A stretch of DNA of 24,730 bases, from assembly GCA_937893885.1 (NCBI GenBank), contig CALCTE010000216.1, forward strand, positions 1 to 24,730, written 5' to 3'. Under the pieces are notes generated by a model. That model had not been told where the DNA came from. It worked only from the letters and a program-made list of their open reading frames with translations, and made no database searches. The DNA comes from an uncultured Clostridia bacterium (lineage in GTDB: Bacteria > Bacillota > Clostridia > Oscillospirales > CAG-272). Position numbers and translations under genes: made by a program. Of this stretch, positions 16,134-24,730 are shown piece after piece. Position 1 is the first letter of the stretch. Each line of letters starts with the position of its first letter.

Positions 16134-17360
16134 ATGAGAGCATATTTTAAATTACAATGTAAAAGGGTTTCGAAGGTCTTCGTATCCATTCTTTTGGTAA
16201 CACTCGTTCTTGCCGTAGGCATCGGCACGATTCTCTTGACGTTTATAGGAAATTATATAAACAGCGACGAAAACACGGTGTTCAAGGTAGGCATTACAGG
16301 TGATACGGAAAACGAATATCTCAAATGGGGTATCGCCGCAGTTCAAGCGTTTGACGATACGAGATTTACCATAGAATTCGTTAATATGGAAGAGGAAGAA
16401 GCTGTCGAAAATCTTTCAAACGGAACACTTACGGCATATATCGACCTGCCCACAGGCTTCATTGAGGGAGTTATGACAGGCGACCTTATACCGATAAGGT
16501 TTGTCACGACTCCCGGTGCAAGCGGGCTTGTGACCATGTTTAAAAATGAAATAACGGGAGCTATCGTCGAAATGGCGATAGATACTCAAAGAGGCACAAA
16601 CGGCATATACAACGTAGCTTTCGACCAAGGAATAGGTAAAGAGGCAGGAGATCTGCAATATAAGCTGTCGCTTTCCTATATTGATCTGATAATCAGTCGC
16701 GGCGATATGATAAGCGTGGACATCTTGGGCATTTCAAGCGGGCTTTCGATGGTCGAATACTATATTTGCGGTTTTTCACTTGTATTGCTGATGCTTGCGG
16801 GGCTTCCGTTCGTCACCATCTACTGCCGACGCGACGGCTCCCTTAACGCGCTTTTGTTTTCAAAAGAATTTTCCTATAAAAAGCAAGTGCTTTGTGAGCT
16901 CTGTGCGCATTTTCTGTCGCTTCTCTGCCTTGCTTTGCTCACTGTGCTTAGTTTATCGGCGTTGCTAATCGTATCACCGGATTTGATATCTTTTAAGGAA
17001 ATCTTGTCGTTTTTGCTGTATTTGATACCTGTTGTTTTAATGCTTGCGTCCCTTAATTTGATGCTGTTTGAGCTTACGTCGAATATAGTAAGCGGCGTGC
17101 TTTTGCACTTTTTTATGACGCTGTCGCTTTGCTATGTTTCGGGTTGCTTCTACCCCGTATTTGCGTTTCCCGAAATCATTCAAAAAATACAGTTTATTCT
17201 CCCCACAGCTATTTCTAGGTCTTGTCTGGCAAACGCATTTTCAAAAGAACCGAGGACTTCCGCATTATTTGCAACACTTTTATTTGCACTTGCCTTCTAT
17301 TTGTTAACGGTTTATATACGCGCTCGTAAAATGCAGCAAAACAAGGAGGCGAAGAAGTGA
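16134..17360 (+). CDS. ABC-2 type transporter permease
   Basis: One N-terminal TM, extracellular domain, about 5 C-terminal TMs with SGCFYP...LP. ATG 16134 lies 1 nt after the ATPase stop and is preferred over 16071. Confidence 0.85.
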   Translation: MRAYFKLQCKRVSKVFVSILLVTLVLAVGIGTILLTFIGNYINSDENTVFKVGITGDTENEYLKWGIAAVQAFDDTRFTIEFVNMEEEEAVENLSNGTLTAYIDLPTGFIEGVMTGDLIPIRFVTTPGASGLVTMFKNEITGAIVEMAIDTQRGTNGIYNVAFDQGIGKEAGDLQYKLSLSYIDLIISRGDMISVDILGISSGLSMVEYYICGFSLVLLMLAGLPFVTIYCRRDGSLNALLFSKEFSYKKQVLCELCAHFLSLLCLALLTVLSLSALLIVSPDLISFKEILSFLLYLIPVVLMLASLNLMLFELTSNIVSGVLLHFFMTLSLCYVSGCFYPVFAFPEIIQKIQFILPTAISRSCLANAFSKEPRTSALFATLLFALAFYLLTVYIRARKMQQNKEAKK

Positions 17361-18523
17361 AAAAGCTTTTTAAATGGTTCTTAATGCTCAACAAAAGGCT
17401 TTATAAAAAGCCCTCCTTTATCGCAATTTTATTGATAATTCCCATCGCGATATTTTCGCTCGGACTTGTTTCCGAGCTTGAAAGCGGATTTTTAACTATC
17501 TTACTTTCCGAAACGAACAAAGACGATGATATCTCATCCGAAATCATTGAGAAATTGCTTTCGAAACAATCTCTTTTGCATTTTGTTTACGTCGACGATC
17601 CCTTAAAAGCAACCGATATGGTACGAAACGGAAGTGCCGATGCAGCTTGGATATTCTCCGAAGGCCTAAAGGAAAAGATAGATGAATTTACCGTTTACGG
17701 AGAAACCGATGAGCCTATTGTCACGGTAATTGAGCGAGAACAAACCGTGCTTTTAAGGCTTGCCGCAGAAAAGCTTGCCTTTGCACTTCAACATTATTCG
17801 ACAAAGGCGTATTACGTCAATTTTGCACGCGCAAACTCCGAAGTTTTAAATTCGCTTAGCGACGAAGAACTTATAGCTTATTTTGATAACAGTGAATATT
17901 CGACAAATCTTTTCGTTTACGATACGGCGGGCAAGCATAGCGACAGCGCGGCTAAAGCGAACTACGTGACCGCGCCCGTTCGCGGACTTTTGGCTGTTGT
18001 CGTAATGCTATCAGGGCTTGCGGCAATTCTGTTCTTTATGCAGGATAAAGCAAACGGAACTTTCTCTTGGGTAGCAGAAAACCGACGTATTTACGTGGCG
18101 TTCGGCTGTATACTTATCACCATTTTAAACGTCGGAGCAGTAGTTTTGCTTGCACTTGTACTCGCGGGGCTTTCGGCTTGTATATGGCTTGATATCATTT
18201 ATATGCTTCTTTATGCAGTAGTCACGGCAAGCTTTTCGCTGCTCTTGCTTGAGTTAGTTTCATCAATAAGACTTCTTGCGTCAATTATCCCCGCACTCGT
18301 CACACTTTCGATAGTTGTCTGCCCTGTATTTTACGACTATCGCGCCATTCGCCCATTACAGCACCTATTCCCACCCACTCTGTTTATAAACGCCGCATAC
18401 GAGAAAAGCTATATCACGTATATGCTTATTTACACATCCGTTTGCTTGGGGCTTAGCTTTATTATCGAAAGAATTAAAAAATCAAATAAACGCATAAAAT
18501 CTCAAAACTCGGAAAACATATAA
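17357..18523 (+). CDS. ABC-2 type transporter permease (second subunit)
   Basis: Same topology; GTG start overlaps the upstream TGA (GTGA), AAGGAGG RBS. Confidence 0.83.
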   Translation: MKKLFKWFLMLNKRLYKKPSFIAILLIIPIAIFSLGLVSELESGFLTILLSETNKDDDISSEIIEKLLSKQSLLHFVYVDDPLKATDMVRNGSADAAWIFSEGLKEKIDEFTVYGETDEPIVTVIEREQTVLLRLAAEKLAFALQHYSTKAYYVNFARANSEVLNSLSDEELIAYFDNSEYSTNLFVYDTAGKHSDSAAKANYVTAPVRGLLAVVVMLSGLAAILFFMQDKANGTFSWVAENRRIYVAFGCILITILNVGAVVLLALVLAGLSACIWLDIIYMLLYAVVTASFSLLLLELVSSIRLLASIIPALVTLSIVVCPVFYDYRAIRPLQHLFPPTLFINAAYEKSYITYMLIYTSVCLGLSFIIERIKKSNKRIKSQNSENI

Positions 18524-18548
18524 TTAAAAAACAGACGAGGTGTTTTTT

Positions 18549-18992
18549 ATGAATATGTCAAATCAAAGCTACGTGGAGCTTGTGGAAAGTCGTCAGAAAA
18601 AGCCGACAGTGTTTGTAAACTGCATAAAAGCCTTTTTGGTGGGCGGTATTATCTGCGCTATCGGAGAAGGTCTTTCAGTTGCCTACAAGGCACTCGGCGC
18701 GGACGATAAGCTCTCATCAAGTCTTGTAAGCATCTCTCTTATTGCGATAGCTGAAATTCTAACTGCACTTGGAATATTTTACTACATCGCGAAATTTGCG
18801 GGCGCGGGTACACTCGTACCGATAACGGGCTTTGCAAACGCCATCGCCTCCCCTGCAATAGATGCTTCCTCCGAGGGATATATCACGGGTGTCGGCGCGA
18901 GCATATTCAAAATAGCAGGCCCCGTCATACTTTACGGCACGACGGCAAGTATGATATACGGTATCATTTATTGGCTTTCTACAATTATATAA
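18549..18992 (+). CDS. spoVAC: Stage V sporulation protein AC (SpoVAC/SpoVAEb family)
   Basis: NCIKAFLVGGIICAIG, FAGAGTLVPITGFANAIASPA, EGYITGVG...FKIAGPVILYG; GAGGTG RBS favours ATG 18549. Confidence 0.9.
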   Translation: MNMSNQSYVELVESRQKKPTVFVNCIKAFLVGGIICAIGEGLSVAYKALGADDKLSSSLVSISLIAIAEILTALGIFYYIAKFAGAGTLVPITGFANAIASPAIDASSEGYITGVGASIFKIAGPVILYGTTASMIYGIIYWLSTII

Positions 18993-18996
18993 AACG

Positions 18997-19023
18997 AAAA
19001 GGCTTGAATAATTCAAGCCTTTT
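18997..19023. terminator. Bidirectional intrinsic terminator overlapping the YitT stop codon
   Basis: AAAAGGCTTGAA-TAA-TTCAAGCCTTTT with T-runs on both strands. Confidence 0.8.
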
Positions 19024-19894
19024 TATTATTTTTCTTAATATACTTAAAATTGCCATAGGTCTCGTTTACGACCTCAAAGTACGCAAAGGTGTCATCGTAT
19101 TTTGAAACTATATTTTGAAAATCGTTAAGCTGATGCTTATTGATAATACATATCAAAACCGTTTTCTTGGTTCCCGTATGCGTGCCGACGGCGTCTATCT
19201 CCGTGCAGCCGTGATGCAATCGGTAGGAGATCTCTTCGACAAATTCTTCTTTGTGAGTAGTAATAACCGTAAACTTATACGCCGTCTTGGTATTTTTCAA
19301 TAATAAATTTCCGACAAACGTAGAAATAAAACAATAAAGAATACACAATGCCATCGGCTTGTAATTTAAATTTTCTCCCGAATACACGAAAACCGAAGCC
19401 ACCGCAACTATTCCATTCAGAATAAACGTGACGGTAAAAAAGTTCGTGTTCGGGCGCACCTTATTTATCCAACGGGAAACTATATCCGTTCCGCCCGTCG
19501 AAGCGTTATTTTTAAAGCATACGCCGTAAACTGCGCCTGCAAGCACGCCGCTGATTACGACGGGATAAATTGTATCGTGATCAAGGGTGTTGTATTGAAT
19601 AAACTCAAGATTTGAATTTTGCAGAGCTAAAAATGCGAAAGAATAAACGAGCGAGAACAGCATCGTTTTTACCGCAAATTCCCTTTGCACCAGAAAATAC
19701 GCAAGGACAGACAGAGGAATATTGATAAGCAAAGACATATAGCTGATGCTAAATCCCGTCTTATACTGTATCATAGTGGCGATTCCGTTTAATCCCGCAG
19801 GCGCAAAATTATTCGTAATAATGAAAATGTAATACACAAAAGCCAACAAGACAGCGCTTAATATTATCAAAGCGCAGTTCCATAGCTTGCGCAT
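19013..19894 (-). CDS. YitT family membrane protein (DUF161 + DUF2179)
   Basis: FAPAGLNGIA, LINIPL, NASTGGTDIV, HGCT...GTHTG, and C-terminal YGNF; GAGGTG RBS favours ATG 19894. Confidence 0.88.
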   Translation of the reverse strand: MRKLWNCALIILSAVLLAFVYYIFIITNNFAPAGLNGIATMIQYKTGFSISYMSLLINIPLSVLAYFLVQREFAVKTMLFSLVYSFAFLALQNSNLEFIQYNTLDHDTIYPVVISGVLAGAVYGVCFKNNASTGGTDIVSRWINKVRPNTNFFTVTFILNGIVAVASVFVYSGENLNYKPMALCILYCFISTFVGNLLLKNTKTAYKFTVITTHKEEFVEEISYRLHHGCTEIDAVGTHTGTKKTVLICIINKHQLNDFQNIVSKYDDTFAYFEVVNETYGNFKYIKKNNKKA

Positions 19895-19918
19895 GGTTGT
19901 CACCTCGTTTTCGCCTTG

Positions 19919-19947
19919 ATTTTAGCATAATGAAATACGATTGTCAA
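19919..19947 (-). promoter_or_regulatory. sigma-A-type promoter for the YitT gene
   Basis: Minus strand TTGACA (19947-19942), 17 nt, TG-C-TAAAAT (19924-19919). Confidence 0.72.
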
Positions 19948-19973
19948 CAAGAAATCAACGTTCCGAAAAACTC

Positions 19974-21002
19974 CTATCTCAATTCCGCAAGCTCCAAAAT
20001 TAGCTTTTCCGTCTTTTCCCAACCAAGACAGGGGTCGGTTATCGACTTTCCGTATACTCCTCCGTCGGGTTTTTGGCAGCCGTCCTCGATATACGATTCT
20101 ATCATAAGCCCCTTGAAAAGCTTATATATCTCCTTGCTGTGTCTTGCGCTGTGAAGTATCTCTTTTGCAATACGCGGCTGTTCGTCCCATTTCTTGCCCG
20201 AATTTGCGTGGTTTGTGTCGATTATCACCGCAGGATTTGCAAGTGAGCTCTTTTCGTAAAGCTCGCAAAGTATCATGAGGTCCTCATAGTGATAGTTCGG
20301 GCTGTTTTGACCGTACTTGTTTACAAAGCCTCTGAGTATCGCGTGGGCAAAGGGATTGCCTTTACTCTGTACCTCCCAACCTGCGTAGTCGAAGGTGTGA
20401 GAATGTTGAGCGGCGGTGATGGAATTCATCATAACGGAAAGGTCGCCGCTTGTGGGGTTCTTCATTCCCACCGGAAGATCAAGTCCGCTTGCAGTAAGTC
20501 TGTGAAGCTGATTTTCAACGGATCTTGCGCCTACCGCGACGTAAGACAATACGTCGGAAAGATATTTATGGTTTTCGGGATACAGCATCTCGTCCGCGCA
20601 CGAAAATCCCGTCTCGGTAAGCGCTTTTATGTGGAGCTTTCTTATGGATATAAGACCGCGAAGCATATCGGGCGCGTTATGAGGATCAGGCTGGTGAAGC
20701 ATTCCCTTATAGCCGTCGCCCGTCGTGCGCGGCTTATTCGTGTAGATACGGGGGATTATCAAAATCTTATCCTTGACCTTCTCTTGCACGCCTCGAAGTC
20801 GCGAAATATATTCGATAACGCTGTCCTCTCTGTCCGCAGAGCAAGGGCCGATTACAAGAAGGAGCTTGTCGCTTTCGCCCGTAAATATCTTTTGTATCTC
20901 ACTGTCGTTTTGCTTTTTCGTCTTAGCAAGTTCCTCCGAGAGAGGATACATACTCTTTATCTCCTCCAAAGTCGGAAGTTTTCTTTTGAATACCATATTC
21001 AT
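19974..21002 (-). CDS. aroF: 3-deoxy-7-phosphoheptulonate (DAHP) synthase, class I-alpha
   Basis: VIGPCS, KPRTTGDGYKG, VGARSVENQLHR, GMKNPTSG, HAILRG, IDTNHANS, GLMIESY, KSITDPCLGWE. Confidence 0.93.
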   Translation of the reverse strand: MNMVFKRKLPTLEEIKSMYPLSEELAKTKKQNDSEIQKIFTGESDKLLLVIGPCSADREDSVIEYISRLRGVQEKVKDKILIIPRIYTNKPRTTGDGYKGMLHQPDPHNAPDMLRGLISIRKLHIKALTETGFSCADEMLYPENHKYLSDVLSYVAVGARSVENQLHRLTASGLDLPVGMKNPTSGDLSVMMNSITAAQHSHTFDYAGWEVQSKGNPFAHAILRGFVNKYGQNSPNYHYEDLMILCELYEKSSLANPAVIIDTNHANSGKKWDEQPRIAKEILHSARHSKEIYKLFKGLMIESYIEDGCQKPDGGVYGKSITDPCLGWEKTEKLILELAELR

Positions 21003-21025
21003 TTCAAATTCACCTCATTTTAGTT

Positions 21026-21874
21026 TTATTTATCAAATTGCTTTCTTCTTTCGGTTGAAAGCTTCATCATTTCGCGTAATTTTTCAAGATCGTCTTCGGC
21101 TATGGCGCGCTTTAGCTTTGCAAAGCTTTCTTCAAAAAGCTCCATTTGGCAAAGCAATTCTTCCTTATTTGAAAGAAAAAGCTCGCTCCACATAGCATCG
21201 TTTATTTTCGCTATTCTCGTTAGGTCTCTGAACGAGTCACCCGTATATCTTTCCATTCCGCTTGCGTCCTTGCAAAGCATCAAAGCTACGGCAATACCGT
21301 GCGTGAGCTGTGACAGATATCCGATTATCTCGTCGTGCTTTTTCGGAGAAAGCACGGATATCTCCTTAAATCCCAAGGCTTCTCCGATTTCTCTTGCGAG
21401 ATCTATCGCCTCTTTAGAGTTCTGCTCCGTAGGCGTTATGATATAGTTTGCGCCGCAAAACATATCGCTTCTTGCGTTTTCTACGCCGTATACCTCTCTG
21501 CCTGCCATCGGGTGCGCGCCAATAAATTCACAGCGCGAGCCGAGAAGCTCGTTTATACGCGGAATTATCGCCGATTTGACCCCCGTAACGTCGGTTATTA
21601 CCGCGCCCTCTTTAAGCTTCCCTCCGTTTTCCGCTATCCACTTTTCGAATGCTTTGGGATAGAGGCAAAATACAACGACGTCGTATTTTCCGATGAAAGC
21701 CTCATCGGGTACGTTGCTTCCCTCGTCTATCATTCCGTTTTTTATTCCGTATTCGATGGACTTACGGTCTACGTCAAGCGCTCCAACGAAGCACCCCGCT
21801 TTTTTAAGTCCCATCGCGTAACTTCCGCCGATAAGTCCTAGTCCAACGATAAGTATCTTTTTGTCAATTAACAT
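21026..21874 (-). CDS. tyrA: Prephenate dehydrogenase
   Basis: IVGLGLIGGS, TDVTGVK, GAHPMAGRE, HDEIIGYLSQLTH, GDSFRDLTRIA. Confidence 0.93.
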   Translation of the reverse strand: MLIDKKILIVGLGLIGGSYAMGLKKAGCFVGALDVDRKSIEYGIKNGMIDEGSNVPDEAFIGKYDVVVFCLYPKAFEKWIAENGGKLKEGAVITDVTGVKSAIIPRINELLGSRCEFIGAHPMAGREVYGVENARSDMFCGANYIITPTEQNSKEAIDLAREIGEALGFKEISVLSPKKHDEIIGYLSQLTHGIAVALMLCKDASGMERYTGDSFRDLTRIAKINDAMWSELFLSNKEELLCQMELFEESFAKLKRAIAEDDLEKLREMMKLSTERRKQFDK

Positions 21875-23066
21875 CTCTTACGTCTCCGCCAAGTTCCTTT
21901 ATCTTTTCGAAAAAGTCAGGGAAGCTCTTATTTACCGCCTCCGCATTTTCAATCTCGCCGCCCGTTTTCGAAAGGAGCAAACAAAGCGCCATCACTATAC
22001 GGTGGTCATTGTGCGAGAAAATCGCTTCTTTCGGTTTTTTAAGCCCCGATGCGCGTATTTTTACTGCATTTTCGAATATTTCCGTCTCTACGCCGAATTT
22101 TAAAAGCTCCGTTTTCATCGCAAGAGCTCTGTTGCTCTCCTTGATTGCAAGGCGCTTTGTGCCGACAAAACTCCCCTTGCCAAGAGCCGCCGCAAGTGCA
22201 AAAAGCACGGGTGCAAGGTCAGGGCAGTCGGATAGGTCTATCTCTTTTTCCTCTTTAAGAGCCTCGAAATATTCAAGGCATATCTTATCTCCCTGAAGGC
22301 TATTGCCGTTTAGTCCTTCTACGCTCACGTTTCCGCCTATAAGGTTAAAGCCGTAAAGAAAAGCCGCATTAGACCAATCGCCCTCGACATCGAAGTGCCC
22401 CGCCATATAGCTTTGTCCGCCCTTTATAAAAAAGCGGTTTTTGCACTTTTCTTCTATTTGTATCCCAAAGTTTTTCAAAACGCCGAGAGTGATGTTTATG
22501 TAGCTTCTGCTTTCGACAGGCGGGATAAGCTCCAAAACGCTGTCTTCGGAAAGAAGCGGGAGCGCGAATAAAAGACCCGTTACAAACTGACTGCTTACGT
22601 CACCGCGAAGCTTATAGCTTCCGCCGCAAAGTGTGCCTGAAGCGATAACGCTCTCGTCGGTGCTTTCAACGCTTATGCCCTTTTCCTTAAAGATATCCTC
22701 ATATATGCCGACGCCTCTTTCGATAAGGCGCTTTGTGCCCGTAAGATGCGCCTTGCCGTTTAAAGCAAGGGCTATGGGAAGAAAAAACCTTAAAGTGCTT
22801 CCGCTTTCTCTGCAGGGTAGCGTGGGAATGCCGCCCTCTGCTCTTGCGGAAGATATTTTAAGCACACCCCCGCAAAGCTCCGCTTTTGCACCGAGCGCTC
22901 TTATGCAGTCGAGGGTGGCAAGTATATCCTCACTTTTTTCCACACCCGTAATAACGCTTTCGCCCGAAGAAAGACCTGCACCTATTATGAGTCTGTGCGC
23001 AAAGCTTTTTGAGGGGGGCGCTTTTACAACGCCGCTTGCGGTAAACGGGAAAATGAGCTTATTCAT
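21864..23066 (-). CDS. aroA: 3-phosphoshikimate 1-carboxyvinyltransferase (EPSP synthase)
   Basis: PPSKSFAHR, CRESGSTLRF, SSQFVTGLL, EGDWSNAAF, PDL, KESNR, HNDHRIVM, KSFPDFF. Confidence 0.95.
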   Translation of the reverse strand: MNKLIFPFTASGVVKAPPSKSFAHRLIIGAGLSSGESVITGVEKSEDILATLDCIRALGAKAELCGGVLKISSARAEGGIPTLPCRESGSTLRFFLPIALALNGKAHLTGTKRLIERGVGIYEDIFKEKGISVESTDESVIASGTLCGGSYKLRGDVSSQFVTGLLFALPLLSEDSVLELIPPVESRSYINITLGVLKNFGIQIEEKCKNRFFIKGGQSYMAGHFDVEGDWSNAAFLYGFNLIGGNVSVEGLNGNSLQGDKICLEYFEALKEEKEIDLSDCPDLAPVLFALAAALGKGSFVGTKRLAIKESNRALAMKTELLKFGVETEIFENAVKIRASGLKKPKEAIFSHNDHRIVMALCLLLSKTGGEIENAEAVNKSFPDFFEKIKELGGDVRDVN

Positions 23067-23499
23067 CGCCTTTTCCCTCGCAAAGAAAGTCCATCGCTTC
23101 GGTATATCCCAAAAATCCGTGTCCGCTTATCGTCTTTTTGACAATTGGGCGCACGTAGCTTACTTTTCGAAAATCTTCTCTTTTCGATACGTCCGAAATG
23201 TGCACCTCCACCGTAGGTATACCCACAGCCTTCAAAGCATCTGCAATGGCAACGCTCGTATGCGTATACGCGGCCGGGTTAAACACTATGCCGTCAAGCT
23301 TTTCAAAGTACGCTCTCTGTATGGCATCTACAAGCTCTCCCTCGCAATTTGACTGGTAAAATTTTACCTCTACGCCAAGCTTTTTCGCGTGGGATATACA
23401 AAGTTTTTTTAAATCTTCGTAGCTTTCACGGCCGTATATTTCGGGCTCTCTTATGCCGAGAAAATTTATGTTCGGGCCGTTTAAGACCAAAAGCTTCAT
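23059..23499 (-). CDS. aroQ: Type II 3-dehydroquinate dehydratase
   Basis: LNGPNINFLGIREPEIYG, QSNCEG, NPAAYTHTSVAIADA, EVHISD. RBS spacing favours ATG 23499; ATG 23505 is the alternative. Confidence 0.95.
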   Translation of the reverse strand: MKLLVLNGPNINFLGIREPEIYGRESYEDLKKLCISHAKKLGVEVKFYQSNCEGELVDAIQRAYFEKLDGIVFNPAAYTHTSVAIADALKAVGIPTVEVHISDVSKREDFRKVSYVRPIVKKTISGHGFLGYTEAMDFLCEGKGDE

Positions 23500-23501
23500 T
23501 T

Positions 23502-24730
23502 TCATTTTCCTTTCTTCGTAAGTGTGTCGATTATTTTATCACGTACGTCTTCCGCGCTTCCCGCGCCGCAAACCCTTACGTCACAGTACGCTTCGTATAA
23601 GCTCTTTCTTTCGTTATAAAGCCTTTTTACCGCTTCCTTGCTTTGGGAAAGAGGTCTGTCTTGTCCGAAAGTAAGAAGCTCCAGGGGTCTATCTATATAT
23701 ACGATAGTGCCGCATCTTTCAAGCGCCCTTACATTTTCGTATCTCTTTATACAGCCGCCGCCCGTACTTATAACGGCACCGCTTTGCAGAGCAAGCCTTT
23801 TTAACACGTCGCTTTCGACGTCTCTGAAAGCCTCTTCCCCATATTTTTCAAAATATTCGGGTATGCTCATACCGACTTTCTTTACTATCTCGTCGTCGGA
23901 GTCGAAAAATTCAAGTCCGAGCTTCTTTGAAAGAAGTCTTCCGACCGTAGTCTTTCCGCAAGAGGGCATACCGATAAGGGCGATATTGCTCTTTTTGATA
24001 AGAACGTCCTTATACGTACGCTCTATCTCTTCCCTTTCTATCTCTCGCCCCGTAAAAAGACCGGATGCGAGTGCGCCCTGTGCAACGAGCATATAAAGCC
24101 CCGTAAATGCATTTATGCCCATCTCTCTTGCCCTTAATACAAGCTCCGTGTTCACGGGATTGTAAACGCAGTCGCATACTGCTTCAAGCAAGCCGAACTT
24201 CGATACGTCTATCGGCACGTTCTCGGTGTTCGGATACATTCCGACGGGGGTAGTGTTGATTATCACCTGCGCGTCGCTGTGGTGCAAATACGCGTTTTCA
24301 TAGCTTACCGTATCTTCGCTTTCACTGCGCGACACGCGGATAATTTCCCCAGCTCCCTTATGAGTACATACGGCAAACGCCGTTTTGCTCGTGCCGCCGC
24401 TTCCCAAAATGAGCACTTTTTTGCCCTTTATATCTGCATTATTGTAATCAAGCATTTCGGAAAGTCCGAAAAAATCGGTATTATAGCCGATAAGGCGGCC
24501 GTCTTTATTTATGACCGTGTTTACCGCGCCGATTTTTTCTGCGGCAGGCGAGAGTGTTTTGAGGAAGGAGAGAACCGCCTGTTTGTGCGGAATGGTGACG
24601 TTGAGTCCTTCGATGCCGTAGGATTCCATAACCTTTGGAAGAAGCGGGACTTCTGCCTCCGGGGTCGGGAGTTTGACGTATGTTCCGCGGATGCCTGCCG
24701 CGGCAAATGCCGCGTTGTGGATTGCAGGCG
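23502..24730 (-). CDS. aroE: Bifunctional shikimate dehydrogenase - shikimate kinase (AroE-AroK fusion), 5'-truncated by the window edge
   Basis: Frame stays open past 24629 to the edge (..PAIHNAAFAAAG..). AroE motifs GLNVTIPHK, GAVNT, NTDFFG, LGSGG, NTTPVGM, GLYMLVAQG; AroK motifs LIGMPSCGKTTVG, GEEAFRDVE, STGGG, RPL. Confidence 0.93.
   Translation of the reverse strand, partial: PAIHNAAFAAAGIRGTYVKLPTPEAEVPLLPKVMESYGIEGLNVTIPHKQAVLSFLKTLSPAAEKIGAVNTVINKDGRLIGYNTDFFGLSEMLDYNNADIKGKKVLILGSGGTSKTAFAVCTHKGAGEIIRVSRSESEDTVSYENAYLHHSDAQVIINTTPVGMYPNTENVPIDVSKFGLLEAVCDCVYNPVNTELVLRAREMGINAFTGLYMLVAQGALASGLFTGREIEREEIERTYKDVLIKKSNIALIGMPSCGKTTVGRLLSKKLGLEFFDSDDEIVKKVGMSIPEYFEKYGEEAFRDVESDVLKRLALQSGAVISTGGGCIKRYENVRALERCGTIVYIDRPLELLTFGQDRPLSQSKEAVKRLYNERKSLYEAYCDVRVCGAGSAEDVRDKIIDTLTKKGK

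Noticed and set aside
24521..24706. 61-aa ORF, and ATG 24629 as the aroE start
   Set aside because: The aroE frame continues to the window edge with AroE-like sequence; the 61-aa ORF is an alternative-frame artefact.

Overview
A 24.7-kb chromosomal segment from an anaerobic, probably spore-forming Clostridia-type Firmicute (sigma-A promoters, AGGAG/AGGTG RBSs, spo0A, spoVAC; mostly ~45% GC by spot counts). Gene order: a 5'-truncated, low-GC Ser/Thr kinase; spo0A; an AIM24/TIGR00266 protein; a minus-strand ttcA - FRG domain - haemolysin III operon; rplM-rpsI; a G5/3D cell-wall protein; an internalin-type LRR protein; a self-contained module of AraC regulator divergent from glycyl radical enzyme (GRE) - radical SAM activase - Zn alcohol dehydrogenase; a zinc-ribbon membrane protein with an 18-bp tandem repeat followed by an ABC-2 exporter; a lone spoVAC; a YitT protein; and a minus-strand shikimate operon (aroE-aroK fusion, aroQ, aroA, tyrA, aroF) that runs off the right edge. 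The best candidate for an undescribed system is the terminator-bounded GRE module (8238-13298). Its 701-aa enzyme has a single-Cys GCIE loop, so it is not pyruvate formate-lyase. It keeps a dehydratase-like catalytic core but appears to have a remodelled, shortened substrate pocket, which suggests unknown anaerobic radical chemistry. No RNA genes, CRISPR arrays or transposases were seen. All family calls come from motif recognition, not database searches.
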